Notes: generated by a model not told the origin, from the letters alone. A stretch of DNA of 64,000 bases from Octopus vulgaris (GCA_951406725.2 OX597834.1:36890001-36954000); one strand, 5' to 3'. Counted from the first letter of the stretch, positions 43,171-57,807 are shown. Made by a program: numbers and translations.

Positions 43171-43529
43171 TGTGTTTTTTCACGTAAACAAAATAAAATC
43201 TGTATTAACCTCAACTCGGTTACAGCTGAAACTTACATAGCTGCTGCTGCTGCTGCTGCTGCTAGTTTGTTTGTTTTTGTTGGTTGAGTGAAGTCCGAAG
43301 CGTGGTCCTTTGCTATTCGTAAGACCCGCCGAAGAGAAAGCAGGTCAACCCCCGACACCGAGAGCATCGACGGATGGATGAATGCGCATCCAGGCTGCTG
43401 CTGATGATGATGCTGATGAAGATGATGTTGATGATGATGACGAAGATGATGTTGATGATGATGATGACGTTACCGAAGAAGACGTTGATAATGAAGATGA
43501 AGGATGATATTAACAGGTAAACGATCAAA

Positions 43530-44050
43530 AGAAGAAATGGAAGAAGTAGAAATAGAAGTAGTAGAAGAAGAAGAAGAAGAAGAAGAAATAGAGGTATAAG
43601 AAGAAGAAGAAGAAATAGAAGAAGAAGAAGAAGAATAAGAAGAAGAGGAAATAGAAGTTGAAGAAATAGAAGTAGAAGAAGAAGAAGAAGAAGAAATAGA
43701 AGTAGAAGAAGAAGAAGAAGAAATAGAAGAAGAAGAAGAAGAATAAGAAGAAGAGGAAATAGAAGTAGAAGAAGAAGAAGAAATAGAAGAAGAAGAAGAA
43801 GAAGAAGAAGAAATAGAAGTAGAAGAAGAAGAAGAAGAAGAAGAAGAGGAAATAGAAGTAGAAGAAGAAGAAGAAATAGAAGTAGAAGAAAAAGAAGAAT
43901 ATAGAAGTGGGGAGGGGAGGAGAAATCAAGTGAAAAAATGAATGGAGGAGAAGAAGAAGAAGAAGAAGAAGAAGAAGAAGAAGAAGAAGAAGAAGAAGAA
44001 GAAGAAGAAGAAGAAGAAGAAAGAGAAGACGAAGATGGAGGAGGAGGAGG
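43530..44050. repeat. (GAA)n-rich polypurine tract with GAAATAGAAGTA higher-order unit
   Basis: Directly visible. Confidence 0.95.
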
Positions 44051-44293
44051 AAATAAGTAAAGGAAAATTACTAGAGGCAGATATGAAATTGAAACTATCA
44101 CCTCTATTTACCTAACTTTAGAAAAATGACGGTTGTTTATCCAGAGAAAGAAGTAGGGTCTCTCTCTCTCTCTCTCTATCTCTATCATCCCTACTCTATC
44201 CTATTTCTTTCTCTCACTGAACCATTTTGTCTTCCTCTCTCACGACATGCGTACATGCATACATGCGGGTCATACATGTGTATACACACACAC

Positions 44294-44364
<71 letters not shown>

Positions 44365-44526
44365 TATACATGTATTACATGTATACATGAATGTGTAAAC
44401 ACACCTATATATATATACACACATACATAGATACACACAGAGAAACATGCAGAGATAGATGTAGAGATAGGTGTGTTTACACATTCATGTATACATGTAA
44501 TACATGTATATAATTCTATATGTACT

Positions 44527-44563
<37 letters not shown>

Positions 44564-44675
44564 GTGTATGTGTGTGCGTACTTATTTAAGAAAGAAAGAG
44601 AGAGGAGAAAGGTTGGTGGTGAGGAAAAGACAAAACAGAAATCAAGTAAGAAAATACTGAAATAACATCAAAGAT

Positions 44676-44736
<61 letters not shown>

Positions 44737-44758
44737 GAGGTAGACACACAGGGAGGGC

Positions 44759-44796
<38 letters not shown>

Positions 44797-45109
44797 GAGC
44801 CATGGAAACAATGTCTATTTGGTCGGCTGGTTGTTGCCTGGTTCTCTGTCGAGGTCGGTGTACAATGGGTGGCTACAGAATAGTTCTATGTCGTCTTAGA
44901 GATCCTCCAATTTTGGTAAAGGATATTTCCACGTGGTTGGTCATCGGTCAGGTTGTGTTATGAGAAGATTTCGGTAACCAACTTGGCGGAACACGATTCC
45001 TTCCTATGTCTGTCAAAGACTTGTCTCAAATGGATTAACTCTCAGAGCGTTAGTCGGTCGGAAAATACCTCCCTCAGTCACACAGACAGACATACATACA
45101 TGCATACAT

Positions 45110-45188
<79 letters not shown>

Positions 45189-46738
45189 CAATATACTACC
45201 TACACATATACACATACATACATAAATACTTCTATGCATTTATCCACCCATACGTACATACATACATACATTTATATGTGTATATATATTTATACATGTG
45301 TATTTATGTGTTTGCCCGTACACACATACACACACACATGCACACACAAATATATATATATATACTTTCTCCACGTTCTGTGTCTGACTGTCTGTCTGTC
45401 TGTCTCCTCTCTCTCTCCTTTATACTCACATTACATTTCATTCACATCACTACCACCGCCACCGACACCACTGCTACTACAACCACAACCACAACCACCA
45501 TCACTAACCCGAAAATTACCACGATCGTTCCGTGATTATCACGACCACGACGATGACTGTGTCCACCACCATTACCACCACTACCTCCTCCTCCACCACC
45601 ACCACCTCCTCCACCACAACCTCCTCCACCACCACCACCATCATCAGTACCATCACTATCACCACCACCGCCACCACCACAACCTCCACCACCATCATCA
45701 TCATCAGTACCATCACTATAACCACCACCACCACCACCACCAACCAGCCGCCGCTACCATCACCACCACCAACCAGCCGCCGCTACCATCACCACCACCA
45801 CCACCATCACTATAACCACCACCAACCACCACCACCACCACCACCACCACCACCGCTACCATCACTACCACCACCACCACCACCACCAAACCACCACCAC
45901 CACCAGCACCATCACTATAGCCACCACCACCAACCAACCACCACCACCACCACTACCACCACCACCACTACCACCACCACCAAAACCACCACCACCATTA
46001 CTATAACCACCACCAACCACCACCACCACCACCACCACCACCACCACCACCACCACCAAAACCACCACCAGCACCACCACCAACACCACCACCAATAAAA
46101 GCTAAAACAAAAATATAACCAAAGCTTAGACAAACAAAAAACAATATACAGATACCAGCAAATTACTACAACAGCAACAGCAACAACAACCTCCGCCCCC
46201 TCCCCCCTCCATGTAATCCATCGACGCACGTTAGACTATCATTGCTGGAACACTAAATACAAGATGTTGTGACTCATGACCTACGACTTCTGACCTTTCC
46301 ACTCTGACCCGTCATCTTGACCTTCACATACACTTCTATTCCACATCAACGACCACAAATGAAACACCGCTGTCATCATCTTCGCCACCACCACTACCAC
46401 TGCAATGACGAAGACCAGCATCACCACCAGCACACCACCACCAATACCAGCACTACCACCATCACAACTACAACCACCACCACCTCTACCACCATCACCA
46501 ACAACACCAGCACTACCACTGTCCCCACTACAACCATAACACCACCACCGCCTCCATAAACACCACTATTACCATTACCGTCACTACTGCCACCATCAAT
46601 ACCACCACCACCACCACCACCACCACCACCACCTCTACCGTTATCACCTCCACTACCATCTCAGCCACCGTCACCACCGCCACCACTACCATCTCAGCCT
46701 CCGCCATTACCACCACTACCCCCACCATCACAACTACA

Positions 46739-46772
<34 letters not shown>

Positions 46773-47223
46773 TCAACAACGACAAAAACAAGATTGTGTC
46801 CAAGTTACCAAGACTAATCCTTTCCGACAAGTCTGTTGAATTGCTTTCTCCAACGTAGGCACACCACCACCACCACCACCACCACCACCACCACCACCAC
46901 CATAACCACCACCACCACCATCACTACAGCCACATTGTTGTTAGTCAATACTTACTATTACAGTACTATAAGCGCCGCGCCGCGCTCACACTCACCCTAT
47001 CCCTCTCCACCCCATCCACCTCGCTATTTCCTCCCCTTTCACCTCAATTGTCGACAGGCTTCAGGGAATAGAGAGCAAGGAAATTGTTTTAGCTACCTAC
47101 ACTAACATTGAACTCTGATTTTCTTTTGAAAAATATGCGGATAAAACATCTTTCGTTGATCGTCATCCTCATCATTACCGGAAGCAGCATCCGTAGCATC
47201 GCCATTATTATTATTATTATTGC

Positions 47224-47320
<97 letters not shown>

Positions 47321-47356
47321 GTTATTATTATTATCATTATTATTATTATTATAATA

Positions 47357-47419
<63 letters not shown>

Positions 47420-47423
47420 GTTA

Positions 47424-47483
<60 letters not shown>

Positions 47484-47640
47484 GTTTGACTTTTGCTTTA
47501 TGTTTGTACAAGTTGGCTCCAAGTCTCACCTAGAGACCTCAAGAGACAACAGGTTGGAAGTTCACGTTGTTGTTATGCCTAGTGTGCCATATATTTGGGG
47601 TTTTTTTATGTTATTATTATCATTATTATTATTATCTTTA

Positions 47641-47747
<107 letters not shown>

Positions 47748-47772
47748 GTTATCATCATCATCATCATCATCA

Positions 47773-47861
<89 letters not shown>

Positions 47862-47862
47862 A

Positions 47863-48340
47863 AGGTAGCGAGCTGGCTGAGTCGTTAGCACGCCGGGAAA
47901 AATGCTTCGCGGTATTTCGTCTGCTGTTACGTTCTGAGTTCAAATTCCGTCGAGGTCGACTTTGCCTTTCATCCTTTTGGGGTCGATTAAATACGTACCA
48001 GGGTCGATATAATCGACTTAATCCGTTTGTCTGTCCTTGTTTGTCCCCTCTGTGTTTAGCCCCTTGTGGATAGTAAAGAAATAGATATTTCGTTTGCTGT
48101 TACGTCCTGAGTTCAAATTCTGTTTATGTGTCTGTGTTTGTCCCCCCAACATCGCTTGACAACGATGTTGGTGTGTTTACGTCCCCGTAACTTAGCGTTT
48201 CGGCAAAAGAGACTGATAGAATAAGTACTAGGCTTACAAAGAATAAGTCCTGGGGGTCGATTTGCTCGACTAAAGGCGGTGCTCCAGCATGGCCACAGTT
48301 AAATGACTGAAACAAACAAAAGAGTAAAGATTGAAGAGTA
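47863..48340 (+). mobile_element. Meta-domain-like SINE joined to the 3' half of a CORE-like SINE
   Basis: Meta-type 47863-48122, then CORE-family 3' half 48125-48340. Confidence 0.8.
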
Positions 48341-48377
48341 TATATATGAGCGTACACGCACACACAGATACACACAC

Positions 48378-48465
<88 letters not shown>

Positions 48466-48543
48466 AAAACGTGTCTACTTACGTGTGACTCTATGTACAT
48501 GTATATAACATATATACTTATGTATCAGTGTATACTCATGCGT

Positions 48544-48576
<33 letters not shown>

Positions 48577-48966
48577 TATATATAAATATATATGTATTTT
48601 ATACATACGCATGCATATATCTACACATATGTGTGTGTGTGTGTGTGTGTGTGTCTGTGTGTGTGTGTGTGTAATGATCTGTTTACTAAACAAACTTTTA
48701 ACTTGAGACAAATGTATGTGCTGCGGCTGTCTATGAGCACGTTTGTGGTGAGGTGTTGCGTTTGTTTTTAACTTACAAGTTGAACAGATTAAATAAATTT
48801 TCGACAGTTTGGAAGTTGATTCTTTTGATCATTCACCAATGAATAAATAAAAGCAAAACACACATATCCAACCCCATCACACACACACATACACACCTTT
48901 TCTAACTATTTCTCTCTCTCTCTTTGTCTCTCTCTCCTCTACATATATTTATACTATATATTGATT

Positions 48967-49080
48967 TAACAGCACGCGAGCCGTTTCAATATTTTTCTGA
49001 ACAGCTCATCGGAGGTCGGAACATTTCAACTACCAATGGCGGTCTATACAAAATATATTGAAAACGGTCGCGTGCTGTTA
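48967..49080. mobile_element. ~115-bp MITE with ~30-bp TIRs and TA flanks
   Basis: TAACAGCACGCGAgCCGTTTCAATAT ... ATATTGAAAACGGTCGCGTGCTGTTA. Confidence 0.7.
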
Positions 49081-49219
49081 GGTGGATGAGTTGAAAAAGA
49101 GAATAGAAGAATGAAAGAACAAATACCATTCAATATCGTACTTGGTTTAACTTGTCTACTTCATTTTATGGTCAAGAATTACGTACAAAAGGATGTGTGT
49201 ATATGTATTGTGTATACGC

Positions 49220-49299
<80 letters not shown>

Positions 49300-49332
49300 G
49301 TCTATCTGTCTATCTGTATATCTGTCTATCTG

Positions 49333-49410
<78 letters not shown>

Positions 49411-49591
49411 GATTTATGTCTGTCTGTCTCTATCATGTATATATATATAGAGAGAAACACACACATAGAAACAAGATAGATAGCGTGATAGACAAATAGA
49501 CAGATAGATATGCATCTATACGTATGCACACACACACACTTACACTTACACATATATGTAGATATACATACATATATATATAGATACGCAT

Positions 49592-49644
<53 letters not shown>

Positions 49645-49695
49645 CACAGCTCGTGAGCTGAAACTAGATAAAATTTTAAAAAAATATATATATAT

Positions 49696-49742
<47 letters not shown>

Positions 49743-50674
49743 CATACATACAAATATACATGCATATGCATATTCACACACACACTCACTCACACACACA
49801 CATACACACACTCAAAATAAATGAGAAAAAAAACTAAACAAGATTTGTTTAAAAAATGACAAAAAATTTTAAAAAATGAAAGACAAAACTAAAGCGCTTT
49901 AACCTGTCTTTTCCATTTTCGTCAGAAATATCTACCAGATCACAGAAACTTTGGAACCTTAGAATCATTACTTTAAACCTTTAAAGCTCGAAAATCTTCA
50001 GGAAATACACCAGAAATTCTACACCGTTTGTGGAATGACGATCATCAAATTTTTAATGGCCGGATGGATAGTATGTCGGGGTAGAAAATAGAAGCCTGAA
50101 TTTTCTTTAACTTATCAGATGTGTGGGAAATGCTCGTTTCAGCGCTGGCATGGTTCTGTTATTAAGAATCTCGATTTGTAACCACGTGGTCTCAGGTTCA
50201 GTCCCATTGCATGGCACCTGTTATAACCCCGGGCCGACCAATGACTTATGAGTGAATGAGTGAATTTGGTAGATGGAAACTGTCAAGAAGCACGCCCGGT
50301 ACTTTTTCGTTATCTCAAACCCATTAAAAAATTGCCATTAAAAAATTGAGTTACCTCCCCACTAAAAAATTGAGTCTATGTGACGACAAGAGATTGGATT
50401 AGAAGAGTTAGATCCTTTTGATTCAATTCTTCAATACATTGTTGACTGTAGGCCTCCTCAGTAGGCAGGGTATGATTTGTTATAAAAATGTTATTAGATT
50501 AGGAGTGGCCCTGTAGTAAGTAGCTTGATAACCAACCACATGGTTCCGGGTTCAGTCCCACTGTGTGGCACCTTGGGCAAGTGTCCTCTACTGTAGCCTC
50601 GGGCCGACCAAAACCATGTGAGTGGAATTGGTAGACGGAAACTGAAAGAAGCCCGTCGTATATATGTATATATA

Positions 50675-50710
<36 letters not shown>

Positions 50711-50844
50711 TGTATGTATGTATGTATGTATGCATATGTGTGTGTATATGTTTGTGCGTCTATTTTTGTCCCCCCCCCAACATCGCTTGTGAGTGGATTT
50801 GGTAGACGGAAACTGAAAGAAGCCCGTCATCATCATCATCATTG

Positions 50845-51045
50845 AGGTGGCGAGCTGGCAGTATTGTTAGCCAACTCGTAATGTTTGGCGGCATTTCGCC
50901 CATCGCTACGTTCTGAGTTCGACATCGACTTCGCTTTTCATTTTCTCGTGTTCGATAAATTATAAATCAATGAAACGCTGGGATCGATGCAATCGGCTAA
51001 TCCCCCTCCCCCTAAATTCCAGGCCTTGTGCATTTAGTAGAAAGT
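50845..51045 (+). mobile_element. Diverged monomeric Meta-domain-like SINE
   Basis: Head gaggtggcgagctggcag, core, and tail ccaggccttgtgc. Confidence 0.75.
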
Positions 51046-51520
51046 GTTATTAGGAATTGCATAAAAATGTTGTTGAAATATTTTGTGTATTCTAGAAGTG
51101 TAACCATTTTGTTGCACATAAATTTTAACAACAAAATCTTACATGGACCTCCACCCCCCATGGGTCAACGATCGCCGGGTGAGAACCATTGATGTAAAGA
51201 AATCTTTTCAATGCCATGAAATTAGAGCTTCCGGTTAGTCTGTTTCAGAGAATTTGTTTTATAGATAAATTAGTTTTAGCATATTTATTGAGCGTGGTTT
51301 AAAAACATTAACCAGAAATAATTATCTGATGGAGCGGATTGGCGAACGTTGTGGCATTGAAGTGAGTGTTTATGTATTTACTACTGGGAACAGTAAAAGC
51401 TTACGAGTAATGATTATGTAATGAGAGAGATGTGAAAATGAATATTAACAAGTAGGAAAAGGAAAAAGAGAAAGGCAAAGAGAAAGATAGACAGAAATGC
51501 ACACTTAGAAAGAGAGAGAG

Positions 51521-51569
<49 letters not shown>

Positions 51570-51674
51570 AACGGAGAGAAGGAGAGAGGGACATTGATAG
51601 ATATTTAGAGGGAGAGAGAGAGTGAGTGAGTGAAAAAGTGAGAGAGAGAAAGAGAGACATAGATAAATAGATAG

Positions 51675-51736
<62 letters not shown>

Positions 51737-51878
51737 GGAGAGAGAGAAAGAGAGAGAGAGACATAGATAGAGAGTGAGAGAGAGAAAGAGAGAGAGAGAG
51801 TGAGAGAGACATAGATAGATATTTAGAGGGAGAAAGAGTGAGTGAGTGAATAAGTGAGAGAGAGAAATAGAGAGACAC

Positions 51879-51945
<67 letters not shown>

Positions 51946-52560
51946 GAGAAAGATAGGTAGATACATAGATAGAGAGAAAAATACACACACAAAAAAAACG
52001 AACCGGTAACAACCATGTTAGTGTTAATCTGTAACACAATAGACCAGGTGTGATTAAACATTTTAATTTTAATATATTTTCATAAACATGCAAGACGGAT
52101 TGTGTGATTACATTACATAATTGTAATTATATCATGTTCGAGCGAAGCGGTGTGGTTAAGAAGCTCATTTTGCAACTAGGTGGTTCCGGGTTCAGTCCTC
52201 CTGCGCAGTACCTTAGGCAAGTGTTTTCTACTAATAGCCATCGTCCGACTAATGTCGAAAAATTGGTCGGTAGGAAGGAAACTGTGCAGAAGCACCTCAT
52301 GTAGCATTGCCTTGACGTTTCCTTTCTACTGGTTAATAGTTATTTATACATCTCTCTCAGTACATAATTATTATTAGTTAGCTTTAAATGTTCCCCGTAA
52401 TAAATACGTTAACACTAACTTAACTGCTTCTATGTTCCTCAATCAGCTTCATCAGATAATTATTTCTGCATGTACGTATCGGTGTGTGTGTGTGTGTGTG
52501 AGTGTGTGTGTGTGTGTATGTGAATCTTTGTATCTTTGTGTGTCAATATTTGTCTAGCAA

Positions 52561-53410
52561 AGGTGGTGAGCTGGCAGAAACGTTAGCACGCCGGGCGAAA
52601 TGCTTTGCGGTATTTCATCAGCCGCTACGTTCTGAGTTCAAATTCCGCCGAGGTCGACTTTGCCTTTCATCCTTTCGAGGTCGATAAATTAAATACCAGT
52701 TGCGTACTTGAGTCGATCTAATCGACTGGCCCTATCTCCCCCCACCCCCACCCCCAAAATTTCGGGCTTTGTGCTTAGAATATCTGTGTGTGTGTATCTT
52801 TGTATGTCAATATTTGTCTTGCTAAGGTGGTGAGCTGGCAGAAACGTTAGCACGCCGGGCGAAATGCTTAGAGGTATTTCGTCTGCTGTTACGTTCTGAG
52901 TTCAAATTCCGCCCAGGTCGACTTTGCCTTTCATCCTCTCGGGGTCGATAAATTAAGTACCAGTTACGCACTGAGGTCGATGGAATCGACTTAATCCGTT
53001 TGTCTGTCCTTGTTTGTCCTCTCTGTTTAGCCCCTTGTGGATAGTAAAGAAATAGAAATAGGCATTTCGTCTGCCGTTACGTTCTGAGTTCAAATTCTGC
53101 CGTGGTCGACTTTGCCTTTCATCCTCTCGAGGTCGATAAATTAAGTACCAGTTACGCACTGGAGTCGATGCAATCGACTTAATCCGTTTGTCTGTCCTTG
53201 TTTGTCCTCTCTGTGTTTAGCCCCTTGTGGGTAGTAAAGAAACAGGTATTTCGTCTGTCTTTACGTTCTGAGTTCAAATTCCGCCGAGGTCGACTTTGCC
53301 TTTCATCATTTCAGGGTCGATAAATTAAGTACCAGTTGCGTACTGGGGTCAATCTAATCGATGGCCCCTGCCCCCCAAAATTCGGTCTTTGTGTCTAGAG
53401 TAGAAAAGAA
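52561..53410 (+). mobile_element. Monomer plus trimer of the Meta-domain-like SINE
   Basis: Heads at 52561 and 52824, each preceded by a duplicated flank (tctttgt.tgtcaatatttgtct). Units start ~52874, 53061 and 53245. Confidence 0.85.
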
Positions 53411-53699
53411 TATTTGTCTAGCTCTATCACTGTTTCACAACTGATGCTGGTTTGTCCACGTTCCCAGATCTTAGCTAGAATAAGACCCCGATTTTAAGAA
53501 TAAGTACTGGAACCAAACCCTTATTAAAATCGTTCATTAATTGAATAATTGCAATTATCTTACTTCATCGCGGCTTCATAAGAAAGATCGCTGATATGGT
53601 GACTCGATCTGCTATAAATAACAACCAAATCTCTTCCTTATCATTACATATTCCAATTTTCAACGACTTAGAAATATACAATATCATATCAAATACCCC

Positions 53700-53922
53700 A
53701 GGAAGAAAAAGAAGGAGAAGAAGAAAGAGAAGAAGAAGAAGAAGAAGAAGAAGAAGAAGAAGAAGAAGAAGAAGAAGAAGAAGAAGAAGAAGAAGAAGAA
53801 GAAGAAGAAGAAGAAGAAGAAGAAGAAGAAGAAGAAGAAGACAAAGAAGAAGAAGAAGAAGAAGAAGAAGAAGAAGAAGAAGAAGAAGAAGAAGAAGAAG
53901 AAGAAGAAGAAGAAGAAGAAGA
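53700..53922. repeat. (GAA)n microsatellite, ~220 bp
   Basis: Directly visible; source of the poly-R and poly-F ORFs. Confidence 0.95.
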
Positions 53923-54447
53923 ATATAAACAATATAAACAATATCAAAAACTCACAGTAAAAGAAAATTAATTCTTGACTGTAATCAGAAAATAACACCT
54001 GTAGCGAAGAAATAATGACACAAACAACGACAACAAAGAAAGCCACAATACAAAACTTCAACAACAATAAGACAAACATAATGATACGCGTGCGATATTT
54101 TAATACCGATGGGAAGCGACAAAGAAGTCAAGCATGGGGACAGGAAGTAAGATATCACACTCTATAAGAGTTACTTGATCAATTATATTAAGAACGACGC
54201 TGCACTGAAGCGTAGAAAATACACCATGGAAGCTATATTTATATGAAAAAATATATTAAAAATGGAGTTATTAGCTCGGTGTACGCAACTGAGCCAGTGT
54301 CAAATTAAAATAACCATCTATAGTTGGTGTTTAACGTCAGTACAGCGTTGACAGGCAAGATACTGCGGTTTTCGTCCGAAATGAACTCCATCATGCATAT
54401 GCGCGCGCACACACTCACACACACACACACACACACACACGTATGTA

Positions 54448-54562
54448 CAAGGTGGAGCAAAAGTCACGCACCATCCTAATTTTCACATTTTCTTATAAGA
54501 AATAACAAATTTGACGATGTTAAGGCAAATTATTTCACTGGTGCGTGATTTTTGCCACCCTG
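54448..54562. mobile_element. Tc1/mariner-type MITE
   Basis: TIRs caaggtggagcaaaagtcacgcacca and tggtgcgtgatttttgccaccctg; TA on the left side. Confidence 0.65.
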
Positions 54563-54615
54563 CGTGTGTGCATGTATGCACGTATATATGTATGTGTGTG
54601 TGTATATACATACAT

Positions 54616-54682
<67 letters not shown>

Positions 54683-54728
54683 CCTATCTACCTACCTATC
54701 TATCTATATATGTATATATCTATATATG

Positions 54729-54794
<66 letters not shown>

Positions 54795-54795
<1 letters not shown>

Positions 54796-55050
54796 GTATC
54801 GGGAAGGTTTACGAAAATAAACAAAAGACGAAGGCAGGTGGAGTACAAACAAACAATTGTATTAGAATGGCGCTCAGGAATATAAATAAAACAAGTCTTT
54901 TACGTTTCGAGCCTACGCTCTTCAACAGAAAGATACACAGAAAAGAAACACGGAGAGAAATAAGGAGAGAAAAAAAATGTGTGCAGGAGCTAACGATTTA
55001 ACATGGCGGTTAAAGAATGTGTAGTGGCCAGCGATCTATCATGGCGAAAT
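54795..55050 (-). mobile_element. Penelope pLTR-like short element with hammerhead-like motif
   Basis: Minus strand tcttt-CTGTTGA-A-GAGC-gtag-GCTC-GAAACGTA-aaaga (54933-54896). Shares ttcctgagcg with the 13315 family; adjoins (TA)n. Confidence 0.6.
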
Positions 55051-55221
55051 GTGTGTGTGTATATATATACGTATGCACTATAACGTTTTAAATGGCGGTG
55101 CCCCAGCATGGCCACAGCTCGTGAGCTGAAACTAGATAAAATAAATAAAATAATAAAAAAAATATATATATATATATATATGGGGGGTGGGTGCATGTAT
55201 CAATTTGTCTCTTTGTGTCGA

Positions 55222-55258
<37 letters not shown>

Positions 55259-55619
55259 CCCTCACCAACGCTTGACAACCGGTGAGGGATTCCTGTCTTT
55301 ACGTCCTCGTATGTTTTCGTTTCGTCACTTTACCGTTCGACAGGATGAGTACAGAAAGGATTTGTTCGGCTAGAAAGCTTCGTAGAGGCGATGCCCCAGA
55401 ATGTCCGCAGTACTGTGATTGAGACAACGGAAAGAATACATACAACCGAAACAACGGTCACTGCTGCAACGAAGACGAAAATAAAATAGAAAAAACAACT
55501 ACATCAAAGGAAACTTGAGAATAGTTTGTGTTGCTCTGAATATTTCTTGAGTGTTAAATCTGAAAACCATCAGAAGTGAATGACAGAGTGAGTGAGAGAC
55601 TGAGGGAGAGAGATAGATG

Positions 55620-55661
<42 letters not shown>

Positions 55662-55754
55662 GATGGAGAGAGTGAGAAAGAGAGGTGGAGAGAAGGCTGA
55701 GAGAGAGTGAAAAGAGTGATATATAGATATGTTAATAGGCTGATACGTACATAG

Positions 55755-55844
<90 letters not shown>

Positions 55845-56027
55845 ATGTGTGTGTGTGTGTATATATGTATATTTATATAACTTTATATATATATATGAAA
55901 TATAGATAGATACATAGATCGATGCATACATACAAATATACATACACGCATACATGCATTCATACATACGTACAAAGCTTCACAGATAGATAGATAGATA
56001 TATAGATATATAGATAGGTAGGTAGAC

Positions 56028-56073
<46 letters not shown>

Positions 56074-56092
56074 GTAGACAGATAGATAGACT

Positions 56093-56126
<34 letters not shown>

Positions 56127-56590
56127 TAGATAGATAGATAGATAGGAAGACAGATAGATAGACTGATAGATAGACAGAGAAAGAGAGAGAGAGAGAGAGA
56201 GGCAGATAGTGAGTGACATAGATCGATCGATAGATGGATAGATAAATTGATAAATAGATAGAGCTAGATATACATAAAAAGAGAGAGGAAGAGAGGGAGG
56301 GAGGTATACGCAAAAAATTGAGACATCTTTTGAAGGCACTCCACACTAATCGATACAAAAATAACATCAATAAATTCACTTTATATTATTTTATCATTCA
56401 ATCTTTCAATCTTTTTATTTATTTAATAATTTCCACTTTTATCTTCCATATTTCATTTTCCGCCTGACAAAAAAAAAAACATTTCAACTACAGCAGATTC
56501 AGCAGACATGTAAACATAGATTGATAACGTACATACATGTACATACATACAAACTAACATATATGTATTTCTGAGTATGTGTGCGTACGT

Positions 56591-56640
<50 letters not shown>

Positions 56641-56968
56641 GTATATATATGTATATATATATATATATATATACATATATATAGAGAGAGAGACAGAGAG
56701 AGAGATACATATATATATATGTATATATATATATATATGTATATATATACATATATATTATATATATTATATAAATATATTATATATATGTATATAATAT
56801 ATATATATATACATATATATATGTATATACGTGTATATATATACATATATATGTATATGTAATATAATGTATACATACATATATATATATTCATACATTT
56901 ATATGTGTGTGTGTATATATATAAATATATAAATGTGTGTTTGTGTGTGTGTACAGAAGCTTATGTAT

Positions 56969-57031
<63 letters not shown>

Positions 57032-57198
57032 GAATGTATAAGAGTGTATATATATATATATAGATATACATATATACATTATCATGCAGCTCTAACATTT
57101 ATTTCACACTCTTTCCTCTTTGCCTTTCATCATTCGTCTCTCACTTGCTTGTGTTTCAACGCGGGTGAGTGAACGTGTCATTGCGTGTGTGAGCATGC

Positions 57199-57256
<58 letters not shown>

Positions 57257-57263
57257 ATATATA

Positions 57264-57772
57264 GGCTTAGTAAAATAAATTACTTTGCCGCATACTGAAC
57301 TCATTAGAAATAGCAGCTAAAAAACTTTTTAAAAACCATTTCTAATACTTAAAGAAAATCTCTCTCGTATAGTGTTTGGTCAACTCAACTCACGAAAGTT
57401 TGGGGTAAAGACATAAAAAAATCAAATGCAAAGGTTATTTGAGAACTGATGATAGAAGTGTCTTGATGACTAATCTTGAAACGTACGTTCTCAAATAACC
57501 TTTGCATTTGATTTTTTTATGTCTTTACCCCCAAACTTTCGTGAGTTGAGTTGACCAAATATACGAGAGAGATTTTCTTTAAGTATTAGAAATGGTTTTT
57601 AAAAAGTTTTTTAGCTGCTATTTCTAATGAGTTCAGTATGCGGCAAAGTAATTTATTTTACTAAGCCCTTTTATATATTGTAATAATTTGAATTCGCCTT
57701 AAATGGTCCCTTTGCATACTGAACACTTGGTGAAATTAATTAATAATTAATTAATTTTACCCTCAATTGTTG

Positions 57773-57775
<3 letters not shown>
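57264..57775 (+). mobile_element. Fold-back pLTR-like element: ~182-bp inverted arms enclosing a hammerhead core
   Basis: Arms 57264-57446 and 57487-57667 are near-perfect reverse complements. The loop reads CTGATGA...GAAACGTAC. (TA)n on both flanks. Confidence 0.75.

Positions 57776-57807
<32 letters not shown>

Noticed and set aside
46960-47000. TATAAG followed by a GC-rich stretch as a promoter
   Set aside because: No downstream exon or ORF is recognisable, and the motif is too common.
53596-53928. Protamine-like poly-Arg protein
   Set aside because: Pure (GAA)n microsatellite read as AGA codons.
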